Positions 36,623 through 37,788 of a DNA stretch of 37,788 bases are shown in pieces. The position numbers and the translations under genes are program-made. The notes beneath the pieces are model-generated. The model had not been told where the DNA came from and ran no database searches. It worked only from the letters and a program-made list of their open reading frames with translations. The stretch comes from Octopus bimaculoides (lineage: Eukaryota), in assembly GCF_001194135.2 (NCBI RefSeq), contig NC_068985.1:88671007-88708794 (forward strand), written 5' to 3'. Positions within the stretch are counted from its first letter, which is position 1. Each line of letters opens with the position of its first letter.

Positions 36623-36630
36623 TGTGTGTA
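36363..36630. repeat. (AAT)n, (TATC)n and (TG)n microsatellite cluster
   Basis: Direct reading. Confidence 0.95.
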
Positions 36631-36932
36631 CATGCATATATGGGTACAGGACATCAAAAAACGTCGAGAAAATGAGAAACGAGACATAAAAAAACAAAAA
36701 CAGAAAACGAACGTTTTGCGAACAACGAAAGAAACAAATAGAGAATCGAGACAGGCAACATAAAGAACAATCCCTTCTTCAGCTGTCCCCTGTTTTATCT
36801 ACCCTGCGTTTACACACGCACGCACGCAAACACACACACACATACAAATACATGCACACATTTATGCATAGAGATGTGTGTGTATGTATATGCGTGTGTG
36901 CGTGCGTTTGTGTGTTTGTGTGTTTGTGTGTA

Positions 36933-36972
<40 letters not shown>

Positions 36973-37746
36973 TTAATGTGTGTTTTTTATGTTTAGCTGC
37001 AATGAATACAATTTTATGTTAACATCACTGCTTACTGTATGTTTTGTAGGTTACAAATTTATTAAACAAGTATATTATTGACAATGACTACGAACGTTCA
37101 TACAGTAAATCATCACACATAAATAACAGCTGTCGGTGTAATTTTGGGTCACTGAACTGTAAACAAACATATCACATGGAATGAATTTAAGAAAAAAAAC
37201 AAGGAAACGCATCTAGAAGACTAAATTTGTTTTTTCGTATATATGAAACTCAAAGAAAAGTTCCGTTTATTATCAGTCCATCCCTGGGGAACTTTAAGTA
37301 ATGCCACTATGAATAATTGGTTTCACGTACGCGCCTCCACAAAACACACGCAATATCAGAAAGAGGCAAAAACACACTACTCAGCCATGTATACATCCAC
37401 ACACACACACACAGACACAAACACTTATATATGTACACTATAGAGGTGTTTGTGAATAATTTATGGTCCCGAAATTAAATATCGAAATGTTTGCCTTTCG
37501 ATTCTTTAAAACGTCATTAACTATGATTAAGTTGTAGTTCATACGGTATTCCATTAGCTAAAGTTCATTAGATGTCTTTCCATAAAACTTCAATTTCACT
37601 CTCGACGATTAACGGACATTTAAATATATTCATTTTCTCTATGTGAGCATTTTAATGTTATTTTTTACATGAGCAACATATAATGATATATACGGTTACA
37701 TCTGTCTATATATCTATCTCCCAATCTACATATGTGTGTATGTGTG

Positions 37747-37749
<3 letters not shown>

Positions 37750-37788
<39 letters not shown>
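37750..37788. repeat. (TA)n microsatellite at window end
   Basis: Direct reading. Confidence 0.95.

Noticed and set aside
1-37788. CRISPR array, rRNA or prokaryotic operon-type system
   Set aside because: No repeat-spacer array, no rRNA-like sequence and no gene-dense ORF layout; the sequence is eukaryotic repeat-rich DNA.

Overview
AT-rich, repeat-dense eukaryotic genomic DNA from a gapped scaffold (8 N-runs, most next to microsatellites). The microsatellite load and SINE/LINE repertoire resemble an octopus or other cephalopod genome (inference from recalled repeat families, not a database result). No host protein-coding gene could be identified with confidence, and most listed ORFs are microsatellite or N-gap artefacts. 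Supportable content: (i) decayed transposon coding remnants, namely three restriction-like-endonuclease (R4/Dong-type) LINE 3' ends, an RTE RT fragment, a CR1-like 3' end, an internally deleted Helitron PIF1 helicase and an internally deleted Tc1/mariner transposase; (ii) a 901-bp non-autonomous Helitron nested in inverted orientation inside a related copy; (iii) many tRNA-derived SINEs; (iv) a TIR/MITE-like hairpin. The most notable observation is a repeat (4 copies, in two inverted pairs) carrying a minimal Penelope-type hammerhead ribozyme motif (CUGANGA-A-stem II-GAAACGUU). In one copy it is fused behind a tRNA-like pol III head and an (AAT)n linker, making it a candidate tRNA-hammerhead SINE/retrozyme.
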